Positions 37,498 to 49,517 of a DNA stretch of 54,210 bases are shown piece by piece. A model generated the notes under the pieces. It was given only the letters and a program-made list of their open reading frames with translations, did no database searches and was not told the origin of the DNA. Within the stretch, counting starts at the first letter, position 1; every line of letters starts with the position of its first letter. The translations under genes were made by a program, and so were the position numbers. Origin of the DNA: Octopus bimaculoides (lineage: Eukaryota); the NCBI RefSeq assembly GCF_001194135.2, contig NC_068991.1, positions 15,584,400 to 15,638,609 on the forward strand, given 5' to 3'.

Positions 37498-38909
37498 GTG
37501 ACACTTGTTTACTGGTCATGCTTCAAGAGCCCTGCGANNNNNNNNNNNNNNNNNNNNNNNNNNNNNNNNNNNNNNNNNNNNNNNNNNNNNNNNNNNNNNN
37601 NNNNNNNNNNNNNNNNNNNNNNNNNNNNNNNNNNNNNNNNNNNNNNNNNNNNNNNNNNNNNNNNNNNNNNNNNNNNNNNNNNNNNNNNNNNNNNNNNNNN
37701 NNNNNNNNNNNNNNNNNNNNNNNNNNNNNNNNNNNNNNNNNNNNNNNNNNNNNNNNNNNNNNNNNNNNNNNNNNNNNNNNNNNNNNNNNNNNNNNNNNNN
37801 NNNNNNNNNNNNNNNNNNNNNNNNNNNNNNNNNNNNNNNNNNNNNNNNNNNNNNNNNNNNNNNNNNNNNNNNNNNNNNNNNNNNNNNNNNNNNNNNNNNN
37901 NNNNNNNNNNNNNNNNNNNNNNNNNNNNNNNNNNNNNNNNNNNNNNNNNNNNNNNNNNNNNNNNNNNNNNNNNNNNNNNNNNNNNNNNNNNNNNNNNNNN
38001 NNNNNNNNNNNGTGTGTGTGTGTGTGTATGTATGTATATGTACACACACACACACACACATACACACACTTACGCGCGGGTGCTCATACACGCACATAGA
38101 CATGCACAGGTGTGACCATGTGCTTTTGTGTGTGAACTGAAGATAAGCTGTGAAAGAATGTGTGTATGTATATCTGTGTGACAGAGAGAGACAGACATAC
38201 AGAAAGACAGAGAGAGTGAATGAGAGAGAGAAAAGGATAGTTAGAGATGGAGAGAGAGAGAGTGGGAGACTGAGAGAGTGGGAGACAGAGAGTGGGAGAG
38301 TGAGAGAGTGGGAGAGTGAGAGAGAGGGAGAGTGAGAGAAAGGGAGAGAGTGTGAGTGAGTGAGTGAGTGAGTGAGTGAGACAGACAGAATGACAGAGAG
38401 AGTGAATGAGAGAGAGAAAAGGAGAGTTAGAGAAGGAGAGAGAGAGTAAGTGATGAGAGAGAGGGAGAGAATGAGTGAGAGAGAGATAGGAAGGGAGAGA
38501 GGGAGGGAGGGAGCAGACAGAAGCGATCGTAAAAGAAGATTTTCGCAAATTTTACTGAATAAATAAAACGAAGATAATTGAAAATTGTAAGATAAATCTC
38601 ACTGGTTAAATAAAATTATGTTTATCGAAGCTGCAATGTTGTCATGGTGACTTAGAAATGATATTAATTCGACTGAAATAGTGACAAGATAAACCATCTG
38701 CTTCCATCACGCTATCGTGTTTGGTGCTGAAAACGTTGTTTTTAGTATTTCTATCAATATGTGTGAGTGTAGGGTAATGGTATATTCTGTTAAGAACGTA
38801 GTAGAGTACAGTATAAAGTTCATCCTCCTTCAGATTTCATCCTGTGTTATCCAGTAGTAGTACTATACATACTTCCAGGTTTGTGTTTGGGTTCTGTCGT
38901 GTGTGAATA

Positions 38910-39175
38910 GATAGTTGAGAGAATTTGGAGACAACAAGGAGTACAGTTTGGACATTAATTATCAATCACTACAATTGTTTCTACGCAACGTAGTTCTTCA
39001 ACGTAGTTCTTCAACGTAGTTCTTCAACGTAGTTCTTCAACGTAGTTCTTCAACGTAGTTCTTCAACGTAGTTCACCTGCACGCCTAGAGAACTACGTTG
39101 CGGAAAAACAATTGTAGTGATTGAAAATAAATGTCCAACCATACTTCTTGTTCACTCCAAATTTTTTCAGTTATA
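38910..39175. mobile_element. Foldback/MITE with an internal 13-bp minisatellite (AACGTAGTTCTTC) x6.8
   Basis: About 75-bp imperfect arms (AATTTGGAG..CAATCACTACAATTGTTT..GCAACGTAGTTCT versus AGAACTACGTTGC..AAACAATTGTAGTGATTG..CTCCAAATT). Array at 38987-39074. Confidence 0.85.
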
Positions 39176-39187
39176 TATATATATATT

Positions 39188-39394
39188 ATTCTTTTGTTGC
39201 AGTCATTTGACTGCGGCCATGCTGGAGCACCGCCTTTAGTCGAGCAAATCGGCCCCAGGACTTATTCTTTGTAAGCCTAGAACTTATTCTATCAGCCTCT
39301 TTTGCCGAACCGCTAAGTTACGGGGACGTAAATACACCAGCATTGGTTCTCAAGCGATGTTGGGGACAAACACAGACACACAAACATATATACT

Positions 39395-39442
<48 letters not shown>

Positions 39443-39478
39443 CATATATACGACGGGCTTCTTTCAGTTTCCGTCTAC
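39188..39478 (-). mobile_element. SINE family B 3' two-thirds (cut by gap)
   Basis: High similarity to the reverse complement of 45215-45480. Confidence 0.9.
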
Positions 39479-39789
39479 NNNNNNNNNNNNNNNNNNNNNN
39501 NNNNNNNNNNNNNNNNNNNNNNNNNNNNNNNNNNNNNNNNNNNNNNNNNNNNNNNNNNNNNNNNNNNNNNNNNNNNNNNNNNNNNNNNNNNNNNNNNNNN
39601 NNNNNNNNNNNNNNNNNNNNNNNNNNNNNNNNNNNNNNNNNNNNNNNNNNNNNNNNNNNNNNNNNNNNNNNNNGAGATGATTTTTAAAATGAGAATATCT
39701 GAAATAAACTCAAGTGCTCTCACAAACGCGAATACTAAAAATGAATCCTGAGTACTCTCAAAAATTAAGTAAAAAAAAACAAAAAAAAC

Positions 39790-39997
39790 AGGAAAAGTAA
39801 TCCAGAATCCTTGTCCGGTACCGGATCGATCCTAAATTCTACTCATTTCGTCCCAGTCACGAAGCCAAACATCCCTGAAAGTTTCATCCGAATCCAACCA
39901 GCGGTTCTTGAGATATTTTGTCCACGGACAAACAAACAAACAAACAAACGCGACTGAAACAATACCTCTGCCTTCGCTAAGGCGGTGGTAATAAACA
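39790..39997 (-). mobile_element. HINE/DINE-1-like element with 5' hairpin and (GTTT)n
   Basis: Minus strand TTATTACCACCGCC-TTAGCGAA-GGCAGAGGTATTG..(GTTT)n..core shared with 14381-14524. Confidence 0.6.
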
Positions 39998-40449
39998 AAC
40001 AGTTCCTAGAACAATTTAAACAAACGCAGATAAGAGTCAGCGCCAGTGTAATCACAAAATCTTCAATGAATTTAAAATACATATTAGACATATGTATTTG
40101 TATCATGGAAGCAATAGAAATCGCTCTGCCGTTTCAGCTATGGGTTAATCCTCTGCCTGTCTAAAGTATTTTCATATTTGTCCTAAATGGCCATGTTTGT
40201 TTTCAGATTTTTTGCCAATTCATGTTTCATAACTTTTGAGTAATTATAAAGCTTTCTTGTCATAAGTATCAAGTTACTCTGGTGATTGAAAAAAAAAATG
40301 GAAATGTGTATCATATACAATAAATGGACGTCAGGGAAATATGTCCTGTACATCGCAAGTGTTACACACAACAAGCAAAAGGTTAAAATATAAAAGAATT
40401 GCTTTTGGGCAGTTCTCTCACATGACAGAAAAAACGTAAAAGCATCTCA

Positions 40450-41200
40450 AATCAGGATTTTCTGGCAGTAAGTGATGACATGAACAATTTTTAAAGCGAA
40501 CTTTTCTTCATAATATCCTTCTGCACAGCGAAAGCAGATCAAATGCCAAGAAAACTGTCGAGTTTGTGGCGAATTAGCCAAGATAATTGAGGAATGTTCT
40601 TGTTCTTTAACAAAAAAATATTTGACGCAAATGAAAGTGGCCTATTCTGAAAGAAAAATTCTAAGAGAGCTTTTATGTCAAAAACACAGAGAAAAAGAAA
40701 CGATTAACGAATCCAGAACATCTAATGATAGAATTACATTATCATTATGCAATAACGCATTAGATGACTATAAAGAAATCATTATTGATCAGCAGGGTTT
40801 TTTTAATCTACGTGAAATCAGGAGGGAATAAAAAATACTCACCCAAGTTCATTAGAGTGCAAGTAAAACTATTATGGCTGAATGCTGCAATATTCGAAAA
40901 TTGGTTTTTATTAATATTTTGTTCCTGAAGCTGAACTTTATACAAAAGAAAATACAACTGACTTCAAAATGTTATTAGTAATTGCTGGTGTCCATCACAT
41001 CCCTGTGATTTATAACTAATTATTGTTCAAGTCCTGTATTTACCACCCTTACTACAACGCTTATCAAATCATTTGATGAGGGCATAAATTGTAGTTTAAA
41101 GACAAACTATATTTACATTCGAAAAGAAAATGTATTGGATGATATGAACGAAATCCAATTTATTGTTTCAGAAATAAAGAATGAATTTAATATTTTGCAT
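40450..41200 (+). pseudogene. Decayed Tigger/pogo (CENP-B/DDE_1) transposase
   Basis: KIFDANESGLF*KK (cf. FNADETGLFWK), DRITLSLCNNA, WLNAAIFENWF, FVPE, VLYLPP..TTLIKSFDEGI..LK. Confidence 0.8.
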
Positions 41201-41207
41201 TGTGTTG

Positions 41208-41421
41208 GTGGCGAGCTGGCAGAATCGTTAGCATGCCGGGAAAAATACTTGGCGGCATTTCATCCGTTCTAACGTTCTGAATTAAAATACCGCCGAGGTT
41301 GACCTTGCCTTTCATCCTTTCGGGGCCCATAAAACAAGTACCAGTTGAGCACTGGAGTCGACGTAATTGACTTACCTCTTCCTTCGAAATTGCTGGCCTT
41401 GCGCCAAAATTTGAAACAATT
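41208..41421 (+). mobile_element. SINE family A, full length
   Basis: GGCGAGCTGGCAGAATCGTTAGC head, TTGCCTTTCATCCTTTCGGGG..AAGTACCAG core, GGCCTTGCGCCAAAATTTGAAAC tail. Confidence 0.9.
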
Positions 41422-42420
41422 CTTGTGATCAATAAACATTCTCGTATCTTCCACCTTCTGTCTCTCGTTAATCAAATACCCAAGAAACACTGAGAAAGTG
41501 AACGTACTTTAATTGGTAAACTACCAGGTGTATACCATACGATTTATTAACTAATAACACACATACATACATACATACATACACATACATATATATATAT
41601 GCTTATACTGTGGTCTCATGAACAGTGTCTCTATCACTTGATCAATCCCAGAGAAGCGAGTTGCCAGTTTGTTTATATATATATAAAATCTATTTGCTCC
41701 AGAGAACTAGAACTACTAATTTGCATACTATATGTGTTTAACAATTATACATATTTAATATACCTATGTCTGTGTATATAACACAGTCATACACACAGAC
41801 ATATTTTTATATATATATGAATTTACAGAGATAAACACACATATATGTATACATACCTACATGCGTATATATATATTTTTACTTATGTCACCTCGTTAAT
41901 GCACTCGGCATTACTTTGCCATTGACTTTGCTAAAGTTACATTTAGTCAATCATGATCACACGTTGTAATGAACAAGATATTCTCTGAGGAGAGAGGGGA
42001 AAAAATCAATGTTTTGCACATAATGAAACTCAAAGCGCTATATTAGCCAATAAGACGTCACTTTGCAGCCTATTCCTAACGTGGCAAATAAATAAGTAAA
42101 TATATAAACAAGTAAATAAAGACGTATAGTACCTGAGATTAGATGTGATCAAACTTTAACGCAACTGGTTAACTCTAGATGTATATATGCATGTGTGTAT
42201 GTATAAACATACATGTCTTTGTATTTGTATATAGATATAAAATTAAAAGTATTGCATTTCTAAATCTCTCGGAGAGACTTATACAGTAGCAGTCCCAGGA
42301 AAGGGAAGAATGCTACTGCTATTTAGCCCGAAGAAACACTGTTTCCAGTTGGCTATGTAACACAAGCGTTTTGTGTCCTTAAGTGTTCAAACAGGGGCGA
42401 TAAGCACCTCCAACCATCAA

Positions 42421-42490
42421 AGCTAGCATCCAGAGACTAGTTTCAGAGTCGTTGCTCTTCATCAGTCTGGAGTAGCTTGGTTTGCTAGCT
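42421..42490 (-). ncRNA. Complete type I hammerhead ribozyme with extended bulged stem I
   Basis: Minus strand AGCUAGCA-AACCAAGCUACU-CCAGA-CUGAUGA-AGAG-CAACGA-CUCU-GAAAC-UA-GUC/UCUGG-A-UGCUAGCU. All core nucleotides are canonical. Stem I is 5+8 bp, stem II is 4 bp, stem III is the palindrome ACUAGU. Predicted cleavage between 42435 and 42434. Confidence 0.9.
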
Positions 42491-42538
42491 GTCGATGCCT
42501 ATTTGTCTTGAAAAACTTATAGAATTTCAAGTGAAATA

Positions 42539-43690
42539 TTGGGTTGGCAATTAAATTCCAGCTGTTTTTTTTAAATTTTGGAATTTATTGCGTTTTTAAA
42601 TTTTGGAATCTATTTTTTTCGTGAATTCTATTTTTGAATCATTTAGGAATCTATTTTGTCTTTTTTGTAGTTAATTTTAGTTAATTTTTGTTTATTTTCA
42701 GATCATTAAAATGAAATGTCAAGTTAAGAAAAGCGAGCATTTTCGACACCTCCTTTTTGCTTTTAATCAATGTTCTAAGGCCGCAAAAGCTGCTCGCGAC
42801 ATTTGTGCTGTGTATGGAGAGGGTGCCATAGCTGAAAGAACCGCTCATGATTGGTATGCCAAGTTCAAAAATGGAAATTTTCACCTCAAAGACGCACCTC
42901 GTTCTGGCCGTCTAGTTGAGTTCGATGAAGAGCGATTAAACCAACTTTTGTACGAAAATTCTCGACAAGAAAACTAGCAGAGAAAATGGAATGCTCCCAC
43001 ACTGCTATAGAGAAGCATCTTCACTCGATGGAAAAGGTTCAGAAGTATGAAGCATGGGTTCCGAATGCCTTAAGTGACAACAGCAAAAATCAATGAGCCA
43101 CAATCTCCGCTGGTTTGCTTGCCCGTCACCGCTCAATTCATGGACACAAGCAACGATTTCTTTACCGAATCGTTACTGGCGACGAAAAATGGTGCCTGTA
43201 CATCAATATGAAGCAGCGTAAGGAATGGCTTAGCTCCGGTAAACAAGCGACACCGCGCGTGAAACAAGATCTTCATCCGCGTAAAACTATGTTGTGCGTA
43301 TTGTGGGACTGGGAAGGGATTATCCATTACGAAATACTTGAATGGAACCAAACGGTTAACGCGGAACTCCATGTTCAACAGATAGAACGACTCAACACTG
43401 TTATTTAAGAGAAAAGACCTAATCGGCAGCATGGAGTTCTGCTGCACGACAACGCCCGCCCTCATTTCGCCAATGTGACCAAGGAAGCCAGTCAAACGCA
43501 TGGCTGGGAAGTGCTGCCACACCCACCGTACTCTCCTGATTTGGCACCAACGGATTTCCACCTCTTTCGATCTCTTTCAGATGCTATGCGCTGTGTTTTG
43601 TTCAATACTGACGCAGAATTGAGAGCTTGGTTGGATTAATTTTTCCAGTCGAAATCGGGTGATTTATACCAATGAGGTTTTGAATAAACC
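42539..43690 (+). pseudogene. Mariner (DD34D) transposon, left TIR present, 3' end truncated, stops and frameshifts
   Basis: TA then TTGGGTTGGCAATTAA TIR. Motifs PRSGR, WVP, IVTGDEKW, LLHDNARPH, PHPPYSPDLAPTDFHLFRSL, with 34 residues between the 2nd and 3rd D. Confidence 0.95.
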
Positions 43691-45081
43691 TAACTTGGTT
43701 ACATTCCATGAGACTACCTTAGATCGGCCTGTGAACTTTTGAACCGACCTTTGTACATACACACACTCACACATATATATGCATATGTGAATATATATAT
43801 ATGATGTATTTCATAAGTCTTTATATTTAGCTATAAAATTTTTTAACATGTCTTAATACAGGTCTTTCCAAATTGGATGTCTGGTAAATTTTCAGTGGGA
43901 TCGCATGACAACTGAGAATTTTTTTTCATTTTTTTCATTTTTATTTTAGCTTAAAGATTGATATTTGGCCGTAATTGTAATTATAGCCTGCAAAATGAAA
44001 AAAATTAAAATAATAATTGTAACAATAATAAAAGATATCCACAAATATCAAAATTTAATGAAAGAAACAGTACCGAAAAAATTCCACCATATTAAATAAT
44101 GATACATTTCCTATTTTAATTTGAGTTCCACATAATTATGGATCAACCACAGCTACTTCCTCCGTTCGACTGATTTCAGATAACGGAAAAGTACGATCTT
44201 TTTTGCTATAATAGTCTCCTTCACTCTACTCGATTTTTATCGCAAGTTATTTTAATTTGCAACTTAATTTCAAGTNNNNNNNNNNNNNNNNNNNNNNNNN
44301 NNNNNNNNNNNNNNNNNNNNNNNNNNNNNNNNNNNNNNNNNNNNNNNNNNNNNNNNNNNNNNNNNNNNNNNNNNNNNNNNNNNNNNNNNNNNNNNNNNNN
44401 NNNNNNNNNNNNNNNNNNNNNNNNNNNNNNNNNNNNNNNNNNNNNNNNNNNNNNNNNNNNNNNNNNNNNNNNNNNNNNNNNNNNNNNNNNNNNNNNNNNN
44501 NNNNNNNNNNNNNNNNNNNNNNNNNNNNNNNNNNNNNNNNNNNNNNNNNNNNNNNNNNNNNNNNNNNNNNNNNNNNNNNNNNNNNNNNNNNNNNNNNNNN
44601 NNNNNNNNNNNNNNNNNNNNNNNNNNNNNNNNNNNNNNNNNNNNNNNNNNNNNNNNNNNNNNNNNNNNNNNNNNNNNNNNNNNNNNNNNNNNNNNNNNNN
44701 NNNNNNNNNNNNNNNNNNNNNNNNNNNNNNNNNNNNNNNNNNNNNNNNNNNNNNNNNNNNNNNNNNNNNNNNNNNNNNNNNNNNNNNNNNNNNNNNNNNN
44801 NNNNNNNNNNNNNNNNNNNNNNNNNNNNNNNNNNNNNNNNNNNNNNNNNNNNNNNNNNNNNNNNNNNNNNNNNNNNNNNNNNNNNNNNNNNNNNNNNNNN
44901 NNNNNNNNNNNNNNNNNNNNNNNNNNNNNNNNNNNNNNNNNNNNNNNNNNNNNNNNNNNNNNNNNNNNNNNNNNNNNNNNNNNNNNNNNNNNNNNNNNNC
45001 TCATGCACATGAATAAGAGTTTGAATTTATCAATATATAATAACTATTATACACCGAATTATCAATATATAATAAAATAAT

Positions 45082-45498
45082 GCAGGAGTGGCTACGTGGT
45101 AAGTAGCTTTCTTACCAACCACATCGTTCCGGGTTCATTCCCACTGCGTGGCACCTTGGGCAAGTGTCTTCTACTATAGCCTCGGACCGACCAAAGCCTT
45201 GTGAGTGGATTTGGTAGACGGAAACTGAAAGAAGCTCGTCGTATATATGTATATATATGTATGTATTTGTGTGTATATGTTTGTGTCTGTGTTTGTAACC
45301 CCAGCATCGCTTGACAACCGATGGTGGTGTGTTTACGTCATCGTAACTTAGCGGCTCGGCAAAAGAGACCGATAGAATAAGTACTAGGCTTCCAAAGAAT
45401 AAGTCCTGGGGTCGATTTGCTCGACAAAAAGGCGGTGCTCCAGCATGGCCGCAGTCAAATTCCTGAAACAAGTAAAAGAGTAAAAGAGTAAAAGAGTA
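45082..45498 (+). mobile_element. SINE family B, full length, (AAAGAGT)n tail
   Basis: tRNA-like head with GTTCATTCCC B-box-like motif, CCTTGGGCAAGTG box, internal TA/TG microsatellite, GGTGCTCCAGCATGGCCGCAGTCAAAT tail. Confidence 0.92.
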
Positions 45499-45654
45499 TG
45501 ATATAACTGACGTGCTAGAAATTTCTAAGACTATCATGAATTCAGTAATAACTCTCTGAGCATGACGCAATTTCGCACTAATAATAGGAAATATAAGGTA
45601 TCTTATTTTCCATATGATCCATTATATTTCCTAGTTGCAATATCTAGTCATGTC

Positions 45655-45873
45655 AAGGCGGCGAGCTGGCAGAATCGTTAACACACTGTGCAAAATGCTT
45701 AGTAACATTTCGTCTATCCTTACGTTCAGAGTTCAAATTCCACCGAGGTCGACTTTGCCTTTCATCCTGTCAGGATCAATAAAATAAGTACCAGTTCAGT
45801 CCTGGAGTCACTAAAATTGACTTCCCCACACTCCAGAAATTGCTGGCCTTGTGCCAAAATTTTGAAACCAATA
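45655..45873 (+). mobile_element. SINE family A, full length
   Basis: A box GGCAGAATCGTTA, B box GTTCAAATTCC, core GTCGACTTTGCCTTTCATCC..TAAGTACCAG. Confidence 0.92.
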
Positions 45874-46199
45874 TTTTAGCCACGTTAGGGATTTCATCAC
45901 AGGCTGGTAAGAACTGCTACTGATGCCATGTAAACCGGAACTACCTGTTTCATGGCCGAGTGTCGACGACTAAACTCCCCACTTGAGTAACTAAATGCTG
46001 TTGTGAGGAAGGGAAAACTTTCGCCGTAGTGTTATCAACGCGATGTAAAAACGAACGACACATCACGACGACGATTTTGCAATATAAATTCACTTTTACT
46101 TTGAAAAATAATGAAGAAATACCTATTTGTTTAAATTAAAATGATTGTTTTGCTACAGAAATTATAAAATTATAAAGATGTTTTGATTCAAGGCAGTCC

Positions 46200-48480
46200 A
46201 CCAATAGTAGAAAGTCTACCGAATTGTTTGAAAAGCTATCGGAATCTTTCAGAAAAAAGATGCAATCTCTAGAGAATAATATTTATACTATAAATATAGT
46301 AAAGTACTCAAGGGCATCTCTTGAAGCTATTTATTCAATTGCAGATTATATAAAAGAACATACAGAATCGGTGAAAAACTTGCGTTCTTTACAGCAATAA
46401 AAATGAGAGAAATTGTTCATGGGAAAAATATGTAGATGCGTTATAGAAATTTCTTCGGTGAAATGATATTGTTGCTAGCCGTATTTCAGAAATTAATGAT
46501 GATCAGTCCGAGAAATTTAATAAAAGAAAAAAACATATTTCTTTTATTAATAAAACTTAATAAAAGAAAAAAGCTCTAAGTTTGCAATTCAGTGTTGCTG
46601 AATTGACCGACGTGAGAAGTTCAGTACAAATATTCTTTTCTACTCTAAGCGCAAGGCCCGACATTTTTGGTAAGGGGGCCAGTCGATTAGATTGACCCCA
46701 GTACGCCACTGGTTCTTAATTTATCGACCCCGAAAGGGTGAAAGGCAAAGTCGACCTCGGCGGAATTTGAACTCAGAACACAAAGACAGACGAAATACCG
46801 CTAAGCATTTCGCCTGGCGTACTAACGTTTCTTATTTCTTTATTGCCCACAAGGGGCTAAACACAGAGGGGACAAACAAAGACTGACAAAGGGATTAAGT
46901 CGATTACATCGACCCCAGTGCGTAATTTGAACTCAAAGTTGACCTCGGCGGAATTTGAACTCAGAACGTAAAGACAGACGAAATACCGTTAGCATTTCGC
47001 CCGGCGTGCTAACGTTTCTGCCAGCTCACCGCCTTATTCAGCACAATTGTTGAGATACGCCCATTACTCATTTTTCATCTTCGATCTCATTGTTATTGTT
47101 TACATTAGGCGTCTCGGATACGAAGCGTCGAAACAACATCAGTGCTGGCTGTGGAAAATCTGTAGAGACAACCTTAACAAGTGATGTGTTAGCATTGCTA
47201 ACACAGTAGAACACAGTACTGATTTATAAAAACGTTTAATAAACTATGTAGTATATTATGGTTGCATAACGAAACACGATGCTCCTTCAGGTCATTAATA
47301 ACTCAGGTATTGTTTTAAGAATAGTGCCCACGAAGATATGTTCTGTAGATCGTTGGATGGACGTACAACAGATGAAATTTTTTTTTAATGTACAATTTTT
47401 TTAGAGAATTAGACCTTGAATGGAATAATTTCGTTGCCATATGTATTGGTTGTACATCAGCTATTGACGAAGAAGGAAACTGAATTTCACGTTAAAATCA
47501 AATCTGGAAGGAAAAATCCTATTATTTTTTTTATTATTCTTTGTATGATTCATCAAGAGACGTTAGTGTCTAAGAGAATTTGTGCAGATCTGAATGCAGT
47601 GTTACAAGATGCTGTTAAAATTATCAACTTAATTAAAAGTATTGTACTCACTAATCGTCTGTTCGCAAATCTCCGCAACGAAATGGAATCCAATTTCATC
47701 AAATTTTCATTGAGAACACAAGTGCAATGGTTCTCAAGTGGATGAACATTGAAACGGTTATTAGAATTTAGAAAATGAAGTCATAATATTCCTGTCGCTA
47801 AAAAATTTGGCTAATTTGTTTCACACGGAAGATTAGTCATGTAAATTATGCTAATTGTCGGGTGTATTTTGAAAACTTAATGAATTTAATGAATTTGATT
47901 TGTCTCTACAAGGAGAAAACATCAATATTTTCTTATTTAAATTTGAAATTCAAGCTTTGATTTAAAAAATCATGAATTAGAAATGTTCTCATATAGAAAT
48001 GATTTTATTTTGGAATATGCATCGAATTTTAATTTGATCAAGCGAATAATAATTAATCATTTGGAGAGTCAAGAAAAAAATTTCCAGAAATATTTTTTGA
48101 CAGATTTAAACAATAACCCAGTGGATTGAATCTAAAATCCGTTTACATTTGAAACAGAGCGCGTAAAACTTTTGCCTAAAAAAGCTCAGGAAAAATATGC
48201 AGGATTTTCACGTGACTCAATTCTTAGGATGAATTTTCTCTGTAAACCTTCAAAAATGATTTTTGACTTAGTATTCGTACTGAATTTCCAAGGTTATCCA
48301 AACCTTTCTACCATTTGTTACAACGTATTTGTGTTAATCAGTATTCTCAGTGTTGACAGGAATTAAAACAAAAAAAATTGCTCTAATATTAAGAACATTG
48401 AACATGAAACCAACATTAACAAATATTAAATCAAGATCTGATTTCTTGTGCAAAATAAACAAACACCTCCTTCTCACTAA
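46200..48480 (+). pseudogene. Decayed hAT (Buster/Charlie-type) transposase interrupted by SINEs
   Basis: HT(R)IGEKL, SRISEI, FAIQ..ELTDV, IHQETL..AVKIINLIKS..NRLF..TQVQWFSSG, SLQG, FLPFVTTYLC*SVFS..IKTK (C-terminal dimerisation motif). Confidence 0.85.
46647..47033 (-). mobile_element. Head-to-tail dimer of family A SINEs with two different tails
   Basis: Copy 46832-47033 ends in CTTGTGGGCAATAAAGAAATA and abuts AGAAACGTTAGTACG of copy 46647-46831, which lacks its first approximately 15 nt. Confidence 0.85.
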
Positions 48481-49194
48481 ATGTATATTTTTTCTTTTCC
48501 GTAATAAATATATATTTCTAAACTGAGACATGTTAGCTTTTATTGTATCCGTAGAAAAACAATGAAGGCAGAGACGAATTCCAACTCATTTTTGCCTAAG
48601 AACGAGAATATGTTCTACAATTTTATACTGAAACCAATTTTGAATTTGATTTTTCTTCGGCGGAAGCGTTATTTTTGAGATACTTTCCCCCTATTCTATT
48701 AGAGAGAGGTATTTTTATCTATTTTTTTTTTAGTTTTCACTCAAATTTTTTCGTATATTTTCTATTAACAAATTTGATTGGAATCTGATTTTTATAAAAC
48801 TTTATAGCTTATGAGAATTCCGGTTTATTTCCGTAAATAATATGAATATCCATATATGTATGTATATACATATATATATATTTGTTTCTATATATATCCA
48901 TATATATGTAAATATATATCTATATGTAATTAAATGTAAATATATATATGTATGTGTTTATGTGTGTGTCTGTGTGTGTGTATGTATGAATATATCTATG
49001 TGTATATGGCCGTAAATAAAAAACAAACTACATATTTATTGTGTTTTATTGTGTCAAAAGTTTTGCAATATTTTAGTAACTTATTTGCTTTATTGGTCAA
49101 ATTACAACAAAAGCAGCCTAGCATTCAAAATAAAGGCCATCATGTTGCGCCATCTGAAGCCACCTTTCTGCCAGTTCTTTACGCAATAATTTTC

Positions 49195-49252
49195 ACGCAA
49201 TAAATTTCTTTTAGAAAAAGTGGATCGCAATTCAAAAACTTTTGGAAGGCTG
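49195..49252. mobile_element. Putative hAT terminal segment, possibly the right end of the 46200-48480 element
   Basis: GGATCGCAATTCAAAAACTTTTGGAAGGCTG followed by CCTTAATA (nnnTAnnn). No matching left end found. Confidence 0.4.
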
Positions 49253-49517
49253 CCTTAATATACAATATGGTGCTTTCTTGCTCTCCCGCCCTGTTTATAT
49301 GTGCATAAATACATACATACAGAAAGAAAGAAAGAAAGAAAGACACATGCATACACACATATGCACTTACATAAATACGCAACTTATATATATATACACA
49401 CACACACATATATATATACATACATGTGTGCGTGTGTGTGTGTGTGTGTTTGTGTACATACATATATACATAAAGTAAACAAACAGGGTGTGAGTTGCGT
49501 CACATGGCTGTATCATA

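Noticed and set aside
2504-45012. Long ORFs containing X runs
   Set aside because: They only span N-gaps and adjacent microsatellites; there is no coding evidence.
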